Source: Paramoeba atlantica (taxonomy: Eukaryota > Protista > Discosea). Taken from it: a stretch of 64,000 nucleotides of DNA. The stretch is from the NCBI GenBank assembly GCA_977017575.1, contig CDRNVI010000139.1, positions 248,001 to 312,000 of the forward strand, written 5' to 3'. The notes under the pieces are model-generated. The model was not told the DNA's origin. It did no database searches and worked only from the letters and a program-made list of their open reading frames with translations. Every line of letters begins with the position of its first letter. Within the stretch, counting starts at the first letter, position 1. A program made the translations under genes and the position numbers. This document shows positions 11,681 to 24,729 of the stretch, piece after piece.

Positions 11681-14179
11681 CGGGTTCCTTCCAGGGGGGC
11701 CTAATTAGTCTTTTTGGGCCTAATTAGGCTCCTGTTTGTTGGCCAAAATAAAGCTCATTTTTGAACTTTTTTTTTTTTTTTTACTTTCTTTTGCGTTTCT
11801 TTGAGGTTTTTTCTTGATTTTCATCACAATGCCTTTCTCAGAAAGTCTGAATGAAAAAAGTTACAGTGGTGAGAAAAATGAGTTCTGGATCAACTTCCCC
11901 AAGAATTGAAGAATTGAAGGAGGGTACTATTTGGTTCTGCAAAGCTGTGAACCTTCGCCCTTCTCATCTTCTAAGGAAACATTTTGGTGACCAATATCAA
12001 GGAGCATCTCTCTCTTCACTCAGGGTGAAAAGGGTGGAACTTCAGAACTATGACAGGAAATCTCAGATGGTAGTTTTGCTTCGTTCTCCTGTCTTCCAGA
12101 ATGATTACCTTCTGGCTCTCCCTGAAAATTTAAAGTTTGTCGGAGAAGTGGATGTCTCAGAGGGTTGTGGGACTTCAACTCATCCATCTTCATCTTCATC
12201 ATCCTCTTCTGGCTCAGAAGGATCAAGTTCTGGTTCATCCCAGGCATCAACAACCTCTGTGCCTGTTTTGGGCTCATCTGATACTGATGATGAAGATACT
12301 GAATCTTGCTCTGATATTGAGGAGGAAGGGGAAGACAATGCAGCAGAACTCGTTGAAAATGATCTTTCCTTTGTTTCTGAGTGGTCTTCCTCAACAACTG
12401 ATGCTCGTGCTGTGATAGGAGCACAAGACCTCAAGGCCTGTACAAGAATTCGCTTTGATGCTGTTCATGTCCCCACTCCCCTAGATATTTTTCTCCAAGT
12501 TCTGCCTCTAACCTTTCTAAAAACTGATGTGCTGAAAGCAACAAATGAGTTTAACCGTTCTTTGAACTTCACTGAAGCTGAAATGCTTGATTTTATTGCC
12601 TTGCGCCAGATTATGTCTTTCTACCCAGGACATAAAAGAAGGGATTTTTTTCGAATTTCAAAGGATTCAGCTGGATCTTCCTTGCGTGGTACACTGCCTT
12701 ATCTTGGGAAATATATCAGTAGAAATCGGTTTGATATGATTGTCTCCTCTCTTAAACTTGCTCCTCTCTCTGCAAAACCCTCTTACACAGACCGTATGTG
12801 GGAAATTCGACCCCTGATTGCTGCTTTTAATGAAAAGATGAAGACCATCTTTGTTCCAAGTTGGCAAGTCTGTCTGGATGAGTCTATGGTGGTGTGGTTT
12901 TGTAAATGGGCTCCTGGTTGGATGTTTGTTCAGAGGAAACCTCATCCTTTTGGAAATGAATATCATACAATTGGTTGTGGGGAGACTAGAGTGATATTCT
13001 TTCTTGAAATTGTGGAAGGAAAGTCCCATCCTTCTGAAATGGGCCTGCCCAAGTTTCAACCTCCATCTGGTTCTGGAGCGAAAACTGTTGGTTTAATGCT
13101 TAGAATGACTGAGGGAATTTGGGGAACTGGTCGAGTAGTTGCTTTGGATAGTGGTTTTTGTGTGTTGGAAGGTTGTATTCAACTTCTGGAAAAGGGATTG
13201 TATTGTACTTCAGTTGTGAAGAAAAAACGATATTGGCCCAAAGGAATTCCAGGGGAAGAGATTGTTGCACACCTCAAGGAGAAGGAACCTGGTTATGTGA
13301 AAGTGAAGAAAGGATCTCTGAGAGGTCATAAATTCTATGTGGAGGCTTTCCAAGATGTTCATCACTCTTCTATAATGATTAATACCTGGGGAACTTCTTT
13401 TCCCACTGGTCGCCCATGAAATCGCAAGCTTGAAGGCCAAAGACTCTCCCTGCGATATACTCAGCCTCTTGACTTTTACTATCAAACCAGGCATTGTGTG
13501 GATGATCACAACCAACTGAGGCAAGGTTCTCTCTTCTTGGAGAGTTCCTGGAAGACCAAAAAATGGGTCCACAGGCAGTTTGCTTTCATTCTTGTAGTTG
13601 TGGAAGTCAATGCCTTCCTCATATTTCAGCACTTTTTCCCTCAAGCCAAAGAGCTCTCCTTTGCAGAATTTCGTTTTGAGGTTGCCCAAGGTCTACTCTC
13701 TCAGAATCATCCCTTGGATGAAGGCTATAACCTGCGAATACCACTCCCAACTCATGTAGAACATCATCTGATGATCAAGCCCAACTTTGCTGGAGTTTGG
13801 TGAAATGGTAATTGGACTGAAGCCAGACAAGAGTACCAGAAGAGTAGATGCAATGGGACAAATTGTACAAAGAAAGTTCGAACCTATTGCTCCTGTGATC
13901 AAACACTCATTTTTTGTTCAGGTTGCTTTGCTGACCATATGAGCAGGCACATGACTGAGGACTAATTAGTCCTTTTGAAAAATGATGATTTTTTTTTTTT
14001 TGGTGACTCAATTTTTTTTTTCAAAAAACAATATTTGGACAAATATTTCTTGATATTCTTGTTTAAAAGATCTTTATTAAAAAGTTTATCAAAAAAAATC
14101 TCCCCTCCACCCACCAGTGGCTTCAAAAAAGGAGTCAAAAATAGGGGCCTAATTAGTCTTTTGGCCTGGAAGGAACCCG
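11681..14179 (+). mobile_element. piggyBac-like DNA transposon, copy 1 (2499 bp)
   Basis: TIR CGGGTTCCTTCCAGG at 11681-11695 and 14165-14179; TSD CGAT (11677-11680, 14180-14183); empty site TTTATTCGATGTTTTGG is seen in sister paralogs; subterminal CTAATTAG at 11701, 11720, 13962, 14149. Confidence 0.93.
11851..13965 (+). pseudogene. piggyBac-family transposase with two in-frame TGA (13417, 13801)
   Basis: Motifs VCLDESMV, VALDSGF, HCVDDHN (DDD triad); C-terminal Cys-rich domain CNGTNCTKKVRTYCSCDQTLIFCSGCFADH; copy 2 has CGA at both stops. Confidence 0.87.
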
Positions 14180-15773
14180 CGATGTTTTGGAACATTTGGT
14201 TCAGGTGATTCTCAATTGAACTCTCCAGAAGGTGTTGATGTGGATGGGGAAGGTAGAATTGTTGTTTGTGATGGAGGAAATGAAAGAGTGAGTGTGTTTG
14301 AGAAAGATGGAACATTTCTTTTTTCATTTGGTACCAAACATCACATGGGGGATCCTGGTGGGGTTGTTATTGATTCATTTGGAACAATTATTGTTTCAGA
14401 TTATGTGAAAAATTCAATTGAATTGTGGAAATCATTTTGAAAAGAGATGGAGGTTTTTTCTTTTCTCTTTTTTTCTCTTTTTTGATTTTGATTTGTTTTA
14501 TTTTATTATTTGTATCCTTTTTCCATTATTTTTCTTTTTGTTTCCTTTTTTGTTTGAAGAAAATTAAAAACAAGAAATTAAGATATTTTTCTCTTCTCTT
14601 CTTCTCTTTTCCCTTCCTACCCTTCCTCCCCTTCCTCCCCTCCTCCCTTTTCTCCTTTTTCGTTTCTGTTGTGGTGTGCAGTGGTCTTCTTCTTCCCCCC
14701 CAAAATCATCATCATTCTTCTTCCAATTTTTGATTCGATTTTTGATCCTTCTTCTTCAAAAACACTTTTCTTTGATTTTGTTTCTCCTCTTCATTTGTGT
14801 TTTATTGTTGTTGTGTGTGTTTTGTGTTTTTGTGAAAGTTCTCTCTCTTTCTCTTCCTCTTCTCTTTTTTTTGATTTAAATTATTTTTCTATTTTTGTTT
14901 TCAAATTTTGTTGTGTTGGAAGGAAATGATTCTTTTTTGTTGCCCAGTCTTTTTTTGCCTATTCTTTTTTTTTTTCTTTTTTTTTTGTTATTGGGGAGTA
15001 ATTCATATTTTTAATAAACAAAAAAATTGAAAAATAGTATTCCACGAAGGGGTCAAGAATTTGAGAAAATTCCCCCCCCACATCAAAAACAAATGAGAGA
15101 TGAAGAAAGAAAGAAAAAGGGAAAGAAGAGTCATTATTGGTCTGTGGAGTGAGGTTTTTTTTTGACAGGCACTTTTTTTCTTGTTCTCGTTTTCTTCAAT
15201 TCCGAGAAGAAATTCCTTTGAGATTTTGTTCCCAAACACCCTCTCTTGCCAAGTTCCAAAAAGAAATGGATTTGAAAGATTTAATGAAACATGGAGTTCC
15301 AACAAAAAAAATCAAAAGGGGGAAGGAATGTGAAGTGAGGGAGAGGAGGAGAGGAGAGAAAGAAGAGTCATTATTGGTCTGTGGAGGAAATCGAAAAAAA
15401 TGGTTTGAAAGAAGAAGAATAAAAACAAAGCGAAAAATTGGGAACAAAAAGAATACCCCAACATTTTGTGCACCAGAAGAGACTAAAAAGAAAGGAAAAG
15501 GGAGGGAACGAAAGAGATAAAAATCGAATCAAAATTGAAGAAGAAGGTGATTGGAAAAGAAGAAGACCACACCACACCAGAACAGAGACTAAAACTAAAA
15601 AGAAGGGGGAAGGAGGGGAGGAGAGGGGGAAAAGAGAAAAAATTAATTTCTTTTCATTTTCCTCTCAAAACAAGAAAAAAAAGGAAACAAAAAATTAAAA
15701 ATGAAAATCAAAAAAAGAAAAAAAAATAAGAGAAAAGATGAAAAAAAAAATCAAACCCTTTCCTCCATCTCTT

Positions 15774-18028
15774 TCAAAATGATTTCCAAAATTCAATTGA
15801 CTTTTTCTTATAATCTGAAACAATTACTGTTCCAAATGAATCAACAACAACCCCTTGAAGATTCTCCACGTGATGTTTACCAAATGAAAAAAGAAATGTT
15901 CCATCTTTCTCAAACACACTCACTCTTTCATTTTCTGAATCACAAACAACATTTCTACCTTCCCCATCCACATCAACACTTGTTAGATAATCGAATTGAG
16001 AATCACCTGAACCAAATGTTCCAAAACATCGAATAAAATTCCCTTCAATATCCATCACTTGAATTCGATGATTCCCAGAATCACAAATAACAATATTCCC
16101 ATCTCTATCAACTACAACACTCATAGGTTGATCAAATTGACCTTCAGAAGAACCTTCTGAACCAAAAGAACGAAGAAAAGATCCATCATTATCAAACACT
16201 TCAATTCGATGATTCCAAGTATCACAAACAATAATTCTACCTTCTTCATCCACATCCACACCATATGGTTCATTAAACTGACCATCTTTAGAACCTTTTG
16301 ATCCAAAAGATTTGATCAATTCTCCTTCTTTGTTTAATATTACAACTCTATGAGAATCTTGAGAATAATCAAGAACAACAATTTGATCATTCAATCCAAT
16401 TGAAACATCATAAGGTTTCAACTGAAGTGAATCAATTGTTTTCTGAATTGTTGATTCAATCATCTCATTTCCTTCTTTATCTCTCACTTTCAATCCACCA
16501 TTCTCTTCACAAATAAAAATATTCCCATCACTGTTCACACTCACTCCCCAAGGCCCATTCTTCAAAGGAAAAGAAGAAACAAAACGAAAAGAATCACCAC
16601 CACCATCACAACAAATTACTCCTTTCTTTGGTTTGAGTAATCCAACAATCCCTCCTTCAAAAACAATATCATTTGCAGTTTGAAGAAGAGTCGAAAAAAG
16701 TTGATCATCAAAAAAGAGAGAAACATCACAATCAGTTGTTGTTGTTGTTGTTGTTGTTGGTGTGTTGGATAAACGAATAATTGAATCTTTTCTGATTCTC
16801 AAATCTTCTTTCTCTAATTCTATTTCTTTCTTTTCAATTCTTTTCTTTTCTAATTTCTCTTCTAATTCTTTCATTTCTTTTTCAATTCTTTTTCTTTTTT
16901 CTTCAATCAAAATCAATCTTCTCTCCAATTTATCTCCAATCTTTACAACTTCATTCCTTTTCTCTAAAATACTTTCTTCAATCGATTTCACTTTCTTATT
17001 GTGTTGAACGTGTGTTTCAAGAATACAACGAATACAAACAAAAGAAGAACATTGAAAACAAAATCCACAAATTGTTTCAGATGGGTGTTTTGAACATTCT
17101 CTCTTCTTCAAATTCTCCAATCCCACTCCCACCACCCCACCCTCCTCTTCCAATCTTCTTCTTCTTCCACCTCTCTCAACACCATCTCTTTTAGATCGTT
17201 TGTGATTTCGAGTGAAAATAGAAGAAGAGTGAGAAGAATGATCACAAGAATCACAAATAAAGACTTTACAATCAGAACAATACATTCGAGTTCGTTCTCC
17301 ACATGTTTCGAAATTCGCACATTCTGATCCACCATCTCCTGTTGTTTTGTTTTCAAAAAACATGTTTTTTCAATTTTGAAATAACTTTCTCTCGAAAACA
17401 GAAAGAAAGAAAGAAAACCTGGTTGGTGGGAGAAAGAAATCAAATTGGAAGAAAGAAGAACATCAATCGTTTCTGGAATCAAATAATTCATCGAAAGTGT
17501 TTCAATCGCTTCACATTCGTTCATTTCTCTACAAACTGGACATTTCACTCCTTTCAAAGAAGAAATGGGAGAGGGAGAAGGGGAAGAAGAAGAAGAAGAG
17601 GAAGAAGAAGAAGGATCTTGAATCAGAAAGAGTTTGTTGAGACAAAGAGTACAAAAAGAAAGACCACAACAAGGTAACAACCTTGGTTCTTTTTCCCAAC
17701 TCATCAATTCCAAACACATTCCACATTCAAATCTTTTCTTTTTCTCTTCTTCTTCCTTTCTTCTTCTTTTCATCACCACTTCTTCTTCTCTTTCTCTTTC
17801 TTCCTCTCCTTCATTTTGTCCCACTTGTTGTTCTCTCTTTCCAAGAACATCCTCATTTCTTCTTTCTCTTTGTTCTTTTTCATCAACATTGTCATCTTCA
17901 ATTACAACAACAACATCTTCTTCTTCTTTCTCTTTCTTTCCTCTTTTGGTTTTTCTCTTTTTCTCACTTTCTAATTCTATTTCTCTTTCTCCCCCTCCTC
18001 TTTTTCTCTTTCCTCTTTTTTCACTCAT
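15774..18028 (-). CDS. TRIM-NHL paralog E, apparently intact (~724 aa)
   Basis: Exon 1 18028-17419, intron 17418-17339, exon 2 17338-15774. Confidence 0.88.
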
Positions 18029-18662
18029 TTTGTCTCTCTTCTCTTCTTCTCTGTGTGTGGGAAAAAGAAATCAATCAATACAACAAAAAATAAGAAAGGA
18101 AAAGGAAAAAGGAAAAAAGAAAAAATCAAACCAAAAAACTATCACACACACACAAAAGAGACTGGTACTACCCCCCCCAAAATAAAAGGAATAAAAAGAG
18201 GAACAATGGAGAGAGAACCAATTCTTAGAGAATGTCCTACAAAGAGAGAGAGAGAAAGAAGAGAGAGAGAAAGAGGTTCTACCAATTTTTTCAAAAATGG
18301 GAAAGAGAAAAAAGAAAGAAAGTAAAAATACAAACATCTCCCAAAAAGTCACGAAAGATTTTCTTCTTTTGCAAAGTGAAGAGAAAAGAAGAAAAGAGAC
18401 AAAAACAATATAACCCAAAAAGGCTCCAAAATATGAAATCCCCAAGGAAAGAAAGAGATCTCCAAACAAACGAAAAAAATGAGAGAGGAGAGATCCAAAA
18501 GAGAAGAAGAAAGAGATTCCAAAAGAGAAGAAGAAATTGCAAAGATGGTGACACGAAAATCCCCCAAATGAAAGGAGAGAGAGATAGAGAGTCCAAAACA
18601 AGGTAAAGAGAGCCCAAATGAATGAGAAAAGAGAGAGAAGAGAAGAGAGAGAAGAGGAGAGA

Positions 18663-18753
18663 GGGAAAAACGAAAAAAAGAAAAAGTTTTTGGTGTGTTT
18701 TTGTGATATTTTTTTCAGAGGTTTAAAAAGTTTTGAATCCTCTTTTCGTACCC
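18663..18753 (-). promoter_or_regulatory. Conserved divergent-spacer block, E/F
   Basis: Reverse complement of 2572-2660. Confidence 0.5.
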
Positions 18754-19354
18754 TTCCTTTTTTTTCTCTTTTTTTTCTTCCACAAGTTCTCTTCTTGTTT
18801 TCTTTCTTTCTTTCTTGGTTCTCTATTTCAGTTTTCTTGGACTCTCTTTTTGAATCCAACACAAATTGACCTTTGTCTCTTTTCTTTTCGTGTTTGTTTT
18901 TTATTTCTTTTTTCTTTTCATGATTTTCTTCTCAAGATTCATTTTTATTTATTTTATCTCTCTTTTTTGATTTTTGAATCTCTCTTGAAAAAAATGAATC
19001 ATCTCTCTTCTCTCTTTTGTTCCTCTTTCTTTTCAGTGACTCTCGCCGTATTTTTTGTCTTCTCTCTCTCTCTCTCTTTGTTGTGGAAGAGGTGTGTTCT
19101 TGTCGCTTTGAAGGTGAATTGTTTTTGGTTGGGAAAAAAACAGACTATTGTCTTATTTTGTTCTCCTCTCTTTCTTTTCTTTTTCTTTTCTTCTTTTTTC
19201 ATTTCTTTAATCTCTTTCTTTTTTCACATATTAAGATCAACAACATTGAGCAATCCTCTTCTTTTCGAAAGAAACACCTTGGAAACTCTTCTTGAATTGT
19301 CGTTGTTGGAAAACTGTGTGTTTTGGTTTTGATTGAAAGAAGAGCAAAAAGAAA

Positions 19355-21665
19355 ATGAGTGGACAACAAGGAAAGAGAAAGAGAGAAGTGGTGAGAACTG
19401 GGAGTGAGGAGGAGAAAAGAAAATCGAAAAGAGAAAAGAGAGAACAAATTACTCATGATGATGGGGATGTTATCATTGGTGGAGTTGAGAATGATGAAGA
19501 CGGAAAAGAACAAAGAGGAAGAAGAAATGAGGATGTTCTTGGAAAGAGAGAACAAAAAGTGAGACAAAATGAAGGAGAAGGAGAGGAAGAAAGAGAAAGA
19601 GAAGAAGAAGTGGTGATGAAAAGAAGAAGAAAAGAAGAAGAGAAAAAGAAAAGATTTGAATGTGGAATATGTTTGGAATTGATGGGTTGGGAAAAAGAAC
19701 CAAGGTTGTTACCTTGTTGTGGTCTTTCTTTTTGTTCTCTTTGCCTTAACAACCTCTTTCTTCTTCAAAATCCTTCTTCTTCTTCTTCTTCTTCTTCTTC
19801 CCCCTCCCCTTCTCCCTCTCCCTTTTTTTCTTTGAAAGGAGTGAAATGTCCAGTTTGTAGAGAAATGAACGAATGTGAAAGTGTTGAAACACTTTCGATG
19901 AATTATTTGATTCCAGAAACGATTGATGTTCTTCTTTCTTCAAATTTGATCTCTTTCTCCAATCAATCAGGTTTTTCTTTCCATTTTTTGAACTTTCACT
20001 TTCTTTCCTCTCTTTTTTTCGTTTTTTTCATTTATTGTCTCTTTTCTTTTTCAACCTTTCTCCTTCTCTCTTGAATTGACGAAAAAGAAACCAAAAATAG
20101 GAGATGGTGGAATGGAATGCGCGAATTTTGAAACGTGTGGAAAACGAACTCAATTGTTTTGTTCCAAATGTGAGATGTTTATTTGTGATTCTTGTGATCC
20201 ATCTCACACTTCTTCTATTTTCACTCGAAATCACAAACGATCTGAAAGAGATGGTGTTGAGGGAGGTGGAAGAAGAAGATTGGAAGAGGAGGGAGGGGTG
20301 GTGGTGGGAGTGATGGGATTGGAGAATTTGAAGAAGAGAGAATGTTCAAAACACCCATCTGAAACAATCAGTGGATATTGTTTTCAATGTTCTTCTTTTG
20401 TTTGTGTTTGTTGTGTTCTTGAAACACATGATGATCACAGAAAGAAAGTGAAATCGATTGAAGAAAGTATTTTAGAGAAAAGGAATGAAGTTGTGAGGAT
20501 TGGAGATAAATTGGAGAGAAGATTGATTTTGATTGAAGAAAAAAGAAAAAGGATTGAAAAAGAAATGAAAGAATTAGAAGAGAAATTAGAAAAGAAAAGA
20601 ATTGAAAAGAAAGAAATAGAATTGGAGAAAGAAGATTTGAGAATAAGAAAAGATTCAATTATTCGTTTATCCAACACACCACCAACAACAACAACAACAA
20701 CAACAACTGATTGTGATGTTTCTCTCTTTTTTGATGATCAACTTTTTTCGACTCTTCTTCAAACTGCAAATGATATTGTTTTTGAAGGAGGTGTTGTAGA
20801 GTTCCCAAAACCAAAGAAAGGAGTGATTTGTTGTGATGGTGGTGGTGATTCTTTTCGCGTTGTTTCTTCTTTTCCTTTGAAGAGGGAATCTTATGGAATG
20901 AGTGTGAACAGTGATGGGAATATTTTTATTTGTGAAGATGGGGTTGGTGGATTGAAAGTGAGAGATAAAGAAGGAAATGAGATGATTGAATCAACAATTC
21001 AGAAAACAATTGATTCACTTCAATTGGAACCTATGGATGTTTCAATTGGATTGAATGATCAAATTGTTGTTCTTGATTGGTATCAATCTGAAAGAAGAGT
21101 TGTAATATTAAACAAAGAAGGAGAATTGATTCAATCTTTTGGATCAGTTGGTTCTGAAGATGGTCAGTTTCGTGATCCATATGGTGTGGATGTGGATGAA
21201 GAAGGTAGAATTATTGTTTGCGATACTGAAAATCATCGGATTCAAGTGTTTGATTATGATGGATCTTTTCTTCATTCTTTTGGTTCAAAAGGTTCTTCTG
21301 AAGGTCAGTTTAACAATCCTCATGGTGTTGCAGTTAATCAAGATGGGGATATTGTTATTTCTGATTGTGGGAATCATCGGATTCAAGTGATGGATATTGA
21401 AGGGAATTTTATTCGATGTTTTGGAACAAGAGGTTCGAGTGATTCTCAATTCAAAGATCCAATAAGTGTTGATGTGGATGGGGAAGGTAGAATTGTTGTT
21501 TGTGATTCAGAAAATAGAAGAGTGAGTGTGTTTGAGAAAGATGGAACATTTCTTTTTTCGTTTGGTCAACATCACATGAAATATCCTCATGGACTTGTTA
21601 TTGATTCATTTGGAACAATTATTGTTTCAGATTGGGCGAAAGGTTTAATTGAAATGTGGAATTAA
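19355..21665 (+). CDS. TRIM-NHL paralog F, apparently intact (~726 aa), MSGQQ-type N-terminus
   Basis: Exon 1 19355-19970, intron 19971-20100, exon 2 20101-21665. Confidence 0.88.
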
Positions 21666-21828
21666 CCTTGAAGAGATGAGGGGTTCAGTATTTTCTTTTC
21701 TCTCTTTCTTTTTTCTTTTTTGTTCTCTTTTGGATTTTGTTTTAATTTTATCACTTTACTTTGTTCTTTTGTTTCCTTTTTTTTTCTGTTTTACTTCATA
21801 TTTACTCTCTTTTAGAGAAATTGCCCTG

Positions 21829-22203
21829 CACTCTTTGCCTCAACAAACTCTTTCTTCAAATTCCTTCTTCCTCTTCTTCCTCTTCTTCTTCCCCTTCTCC
21901 ATCTCCCTCTTTTCTTCTTTGAAAGGAGTGAAATCCGGTGTGTTGCGTGAACGAATGTGAAAGCGTTGAAACACTTTCAATGAATTATTTGATTCCAGAA
22001 ACGATTGATGTTCTTCTTTCTTCTTGATCTCTTTCTCCCACCAACCAGGTTTTCTTTCTTTTTTTTGAGAGAATGTTATTGCAAAGTTGAAAAAACATGT
22101 TTTTTGAAAAACAAAACAACAGGAGATGAATCAGAATGTGCGAATTTCGAAACAGTGTGAAGAACAAACTCGAATGTTTTGTTCTCTTTGCAACATGTTT
22201 ATT
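21829..22203 (+). pseudogene. TRIM fragment (RING C-terminal half, intron, start of B-box1)
   Basis: Recognisable CAACAAACTC...GGAGTGAAA...ATGAATTATTTGATTCCAG...CAG/GAGATGAATCAGAATGTGCG with indels; stops after ATGTTTATT. Confidence 0.75.
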
Positions 22204-22374
22204 CAAATCTTTTTGCAAGGTTTTTTATTCTTATTTTCATTTATTTATTTGTTTTTGTGTTGTTGATGGTTTGTGTCTTTTGGTTTTTTAATATTTGCTG
22301 AGAATGTTTTTTTGAGTTTGTGTTTTTCTTTGAAATGGATGGTTTTACTTTTTGGGTCGAGCCTCCCTTATCCA

Positions 22375-22750
22375 AATTTTAGTCTCTGCCTCTGGCGCCT
22401 GCTTTGATTTTGTTCTCCTTCTTCCACTTTTGATTTCTCTGCATTAATAATAACTCTTCTCTCTTTCTTTCTTCTTCATCTCTCAATTGATTAACCAAAA
22501 TATAAAGGATATCCTTCCCCCAATTCAAAAAGGGAGAAAAAAAAGAAAAAAAATGTTTTAAGTCTTGAGTTTGTATTGAGGAAGAGGAAGTCTTTTTAAT
22601 ATTTGAAGCAGATTTCCACCACATAAAACGAAACACAAGAGAATACTCAAAGAGAGACCTATTTTTCTGGGCAACAAAAAAAAGATCAGTAATTCCGAAA
22701 GAAAAAGAAAAAAAAACAGAAAAAAAAACAAATAAAATAAAAATAACAAA
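22375..22750. repeat. Tail-to-tail spacer family 2 (also ~28375-28800)
   Basis: Shared TTTTAGTCTCTG..CTCTGGCGC, ATATCCTTCCCCCAATTCAAAA, GCA(GA)TTTCCACCAC and CTCAAAGAGAGACC. Confidence 0.75.
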
Positions 22751-22908
22751 AACAGCTCAACAGCGGCTCATGGACACTTTCTGAGATCTCTCTCTTCTTA
22801 AATTGAAACTCAAATTAAGATTAAGCTTTTAACATCAAAAAATCTCAAAAAAAAACAGGGAGAAAATGGAAAATAATAATCAACAGAAGATGAAAAAACA
22901 AACCTCTT

Positions 22909-24694
22909 TCAAAATGATTTCCAAAATTCAATTGACTTTTTCTCATTCTCTGAAACAATAATTGTTCCAAATGAATCAATAACAATCCCAGAAGGATACT
23001 TCATGTGATCTTCACCAAACGAAAAAAGAAATGTTCCATCTTTCTCAAACACACTCACTCTCCCATTTCCTGAATCACAAACAACAATTCTACCTTCCCC
23101 ATCCACATCAACACCTTCTGGACCACAGAATTGAGAATCACCTGAACCTTCTGTTCCAAAACATCGAATAAAATTCCCTTCAATGTCCATCACTTGAATC
23201 CGACCATTGTCATAATCACAAACAACAATATTTCCATCTCCATCAATTCCAACACCATGAGGTAAATAATAATCCCCACTTTGCAAATTAACAGAATGAA
23301 GAAAAGATCCATCATTATCAAACACTTGAATTCGATCATTCAAAGTATCACAAACAATAATTCTACCTTCTCCATCCACATCCACACCACTCACACCCTC
23401 TTCACGACCAAGTCGAGTCTCTCCAAATGATTGAATCAATTCTCCTTCTTTGTTTAAGATTACAACTCGCGGGTCGTCGAGAGAGAGATCAAGAACAACA
23501 ATTTGATCATTCAATCCAATTGAAACATCAACAGGTTTCAAATGAAGTGAATCAATTGTTTTCTGAATTGTTGATTCAATCATCTCATTTCCTTCTTTAT
23601 CTCTCACTTTCAATCCAACCCCATCTTCACAAATAAAAATATTCCCATCACTGTTCACACTCACTCCCAAAGGTTTTTCATTCAAACGAAAAGAAGAAAC
23701 AAAACGAAAAGAATCACCACCACCATCACAACAAATCACTCCTTTCTTTGGTTTCAGTAATCCAGCTTCAGAAACAATATCAGTTGCAGTTTGAAGAAGA
23801 GTTGAAAAAAGTTGATCATCAAAAAAGAGAGAAACATCACAATCAGTTGTTGTTGTTGTTGTTGTTGTTGGTGGTGTGTTGGATAAACGAATAATTGAAT
23901 CTTTTCTGATTCTCAAATCTTCTTTCTCCAATTCTATTTCTTTCTTTTCAATTCTTTTCTTTTCTAATTTCTCTTCTAATTCTTTCATTTCTTTTTCAAT
24001 CCTTTTTCTTTTCCTCTCAATCAAAATCAATCTTTTCTCCAATTTATCTCCAACCTTTACAACTTCGTCCCTTTTCTCTAAAATACTTTCTTCAATCGAT
24101 TTCACTTTCTTTCTGTGATCATCGTGTGTTTCAAGAACACAACGAAGACAAACAAAAGAAGAACATTGAAAACAATATCCACTGATTGTTTCAGATGGGT
24201 GTTTTGAACATTCTCTCTTCTTCAAATTCTCTAATCCCATCACTCCCACCACCCCTCCTCCCTCCTCTTCCAATCTTCTTCTTCCACCTCCCTCAACACC
24301 ATCTCTTTCAGATCGTTTGTGATTTCGAGAGAAAATAGAAGAAGTGTGAGATGGATCACAAGAATCACAAATAAACATTTTACAATCAGAACAAAACATT
24401 TGAGTTCGTTCTCCACACGTTCCGAAATTCACACATTCTGATCCACCATCTCCTGTTGTTGTTTTTCAAAAAACATGTTTTTTCTCACAAAGGAAGAGAG
24501 GAAAGAAAGTGAGAGTTCAAAAAATGAAGAAAATAAAGAAAGAAAAACCTGATTGATTGGAGAAAGAGATCAAATTGGAAGAAAGAAGAAGATCAATTGT
24601 TTCTGGAATCAAATAATTTATCGAAAGTGTTTCAATACTTCCACATTCGTTCACTTCGCAACACACTGGACATTTCACTCCTTTCAAAGAAGGC

Positions 24695-24729
<35 letters not shown>

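Larger units (their letters stand above)
9622..14440 (+). pseudogene. TRIM-NHL paralog D, interrupted by piggyBac-like element
   Basis: 1-bp frameshift near 9853; intron 10252-10372; NHL blade 4/5 junction split at 11680/14180 with CGAT duplicated; coding resumes to TGA 14440. Confidence 0.88.

Noticed and set aside
13417-13803. TGA recoding or an alternative genetic code in the transposase
   Set aside because: Copy 2 has CGA at both sites, and TGA terminates many intact TRIM genes, so these are nonsense mutations
19971-20074. Tail-anchored RING-only isoforms by intron retention (hydrophobic read-through tails)
   Set aside because: The hydrophobicity follows from T-rich introns, and tail length and sequence are not conserved; RNA evidence would be needed
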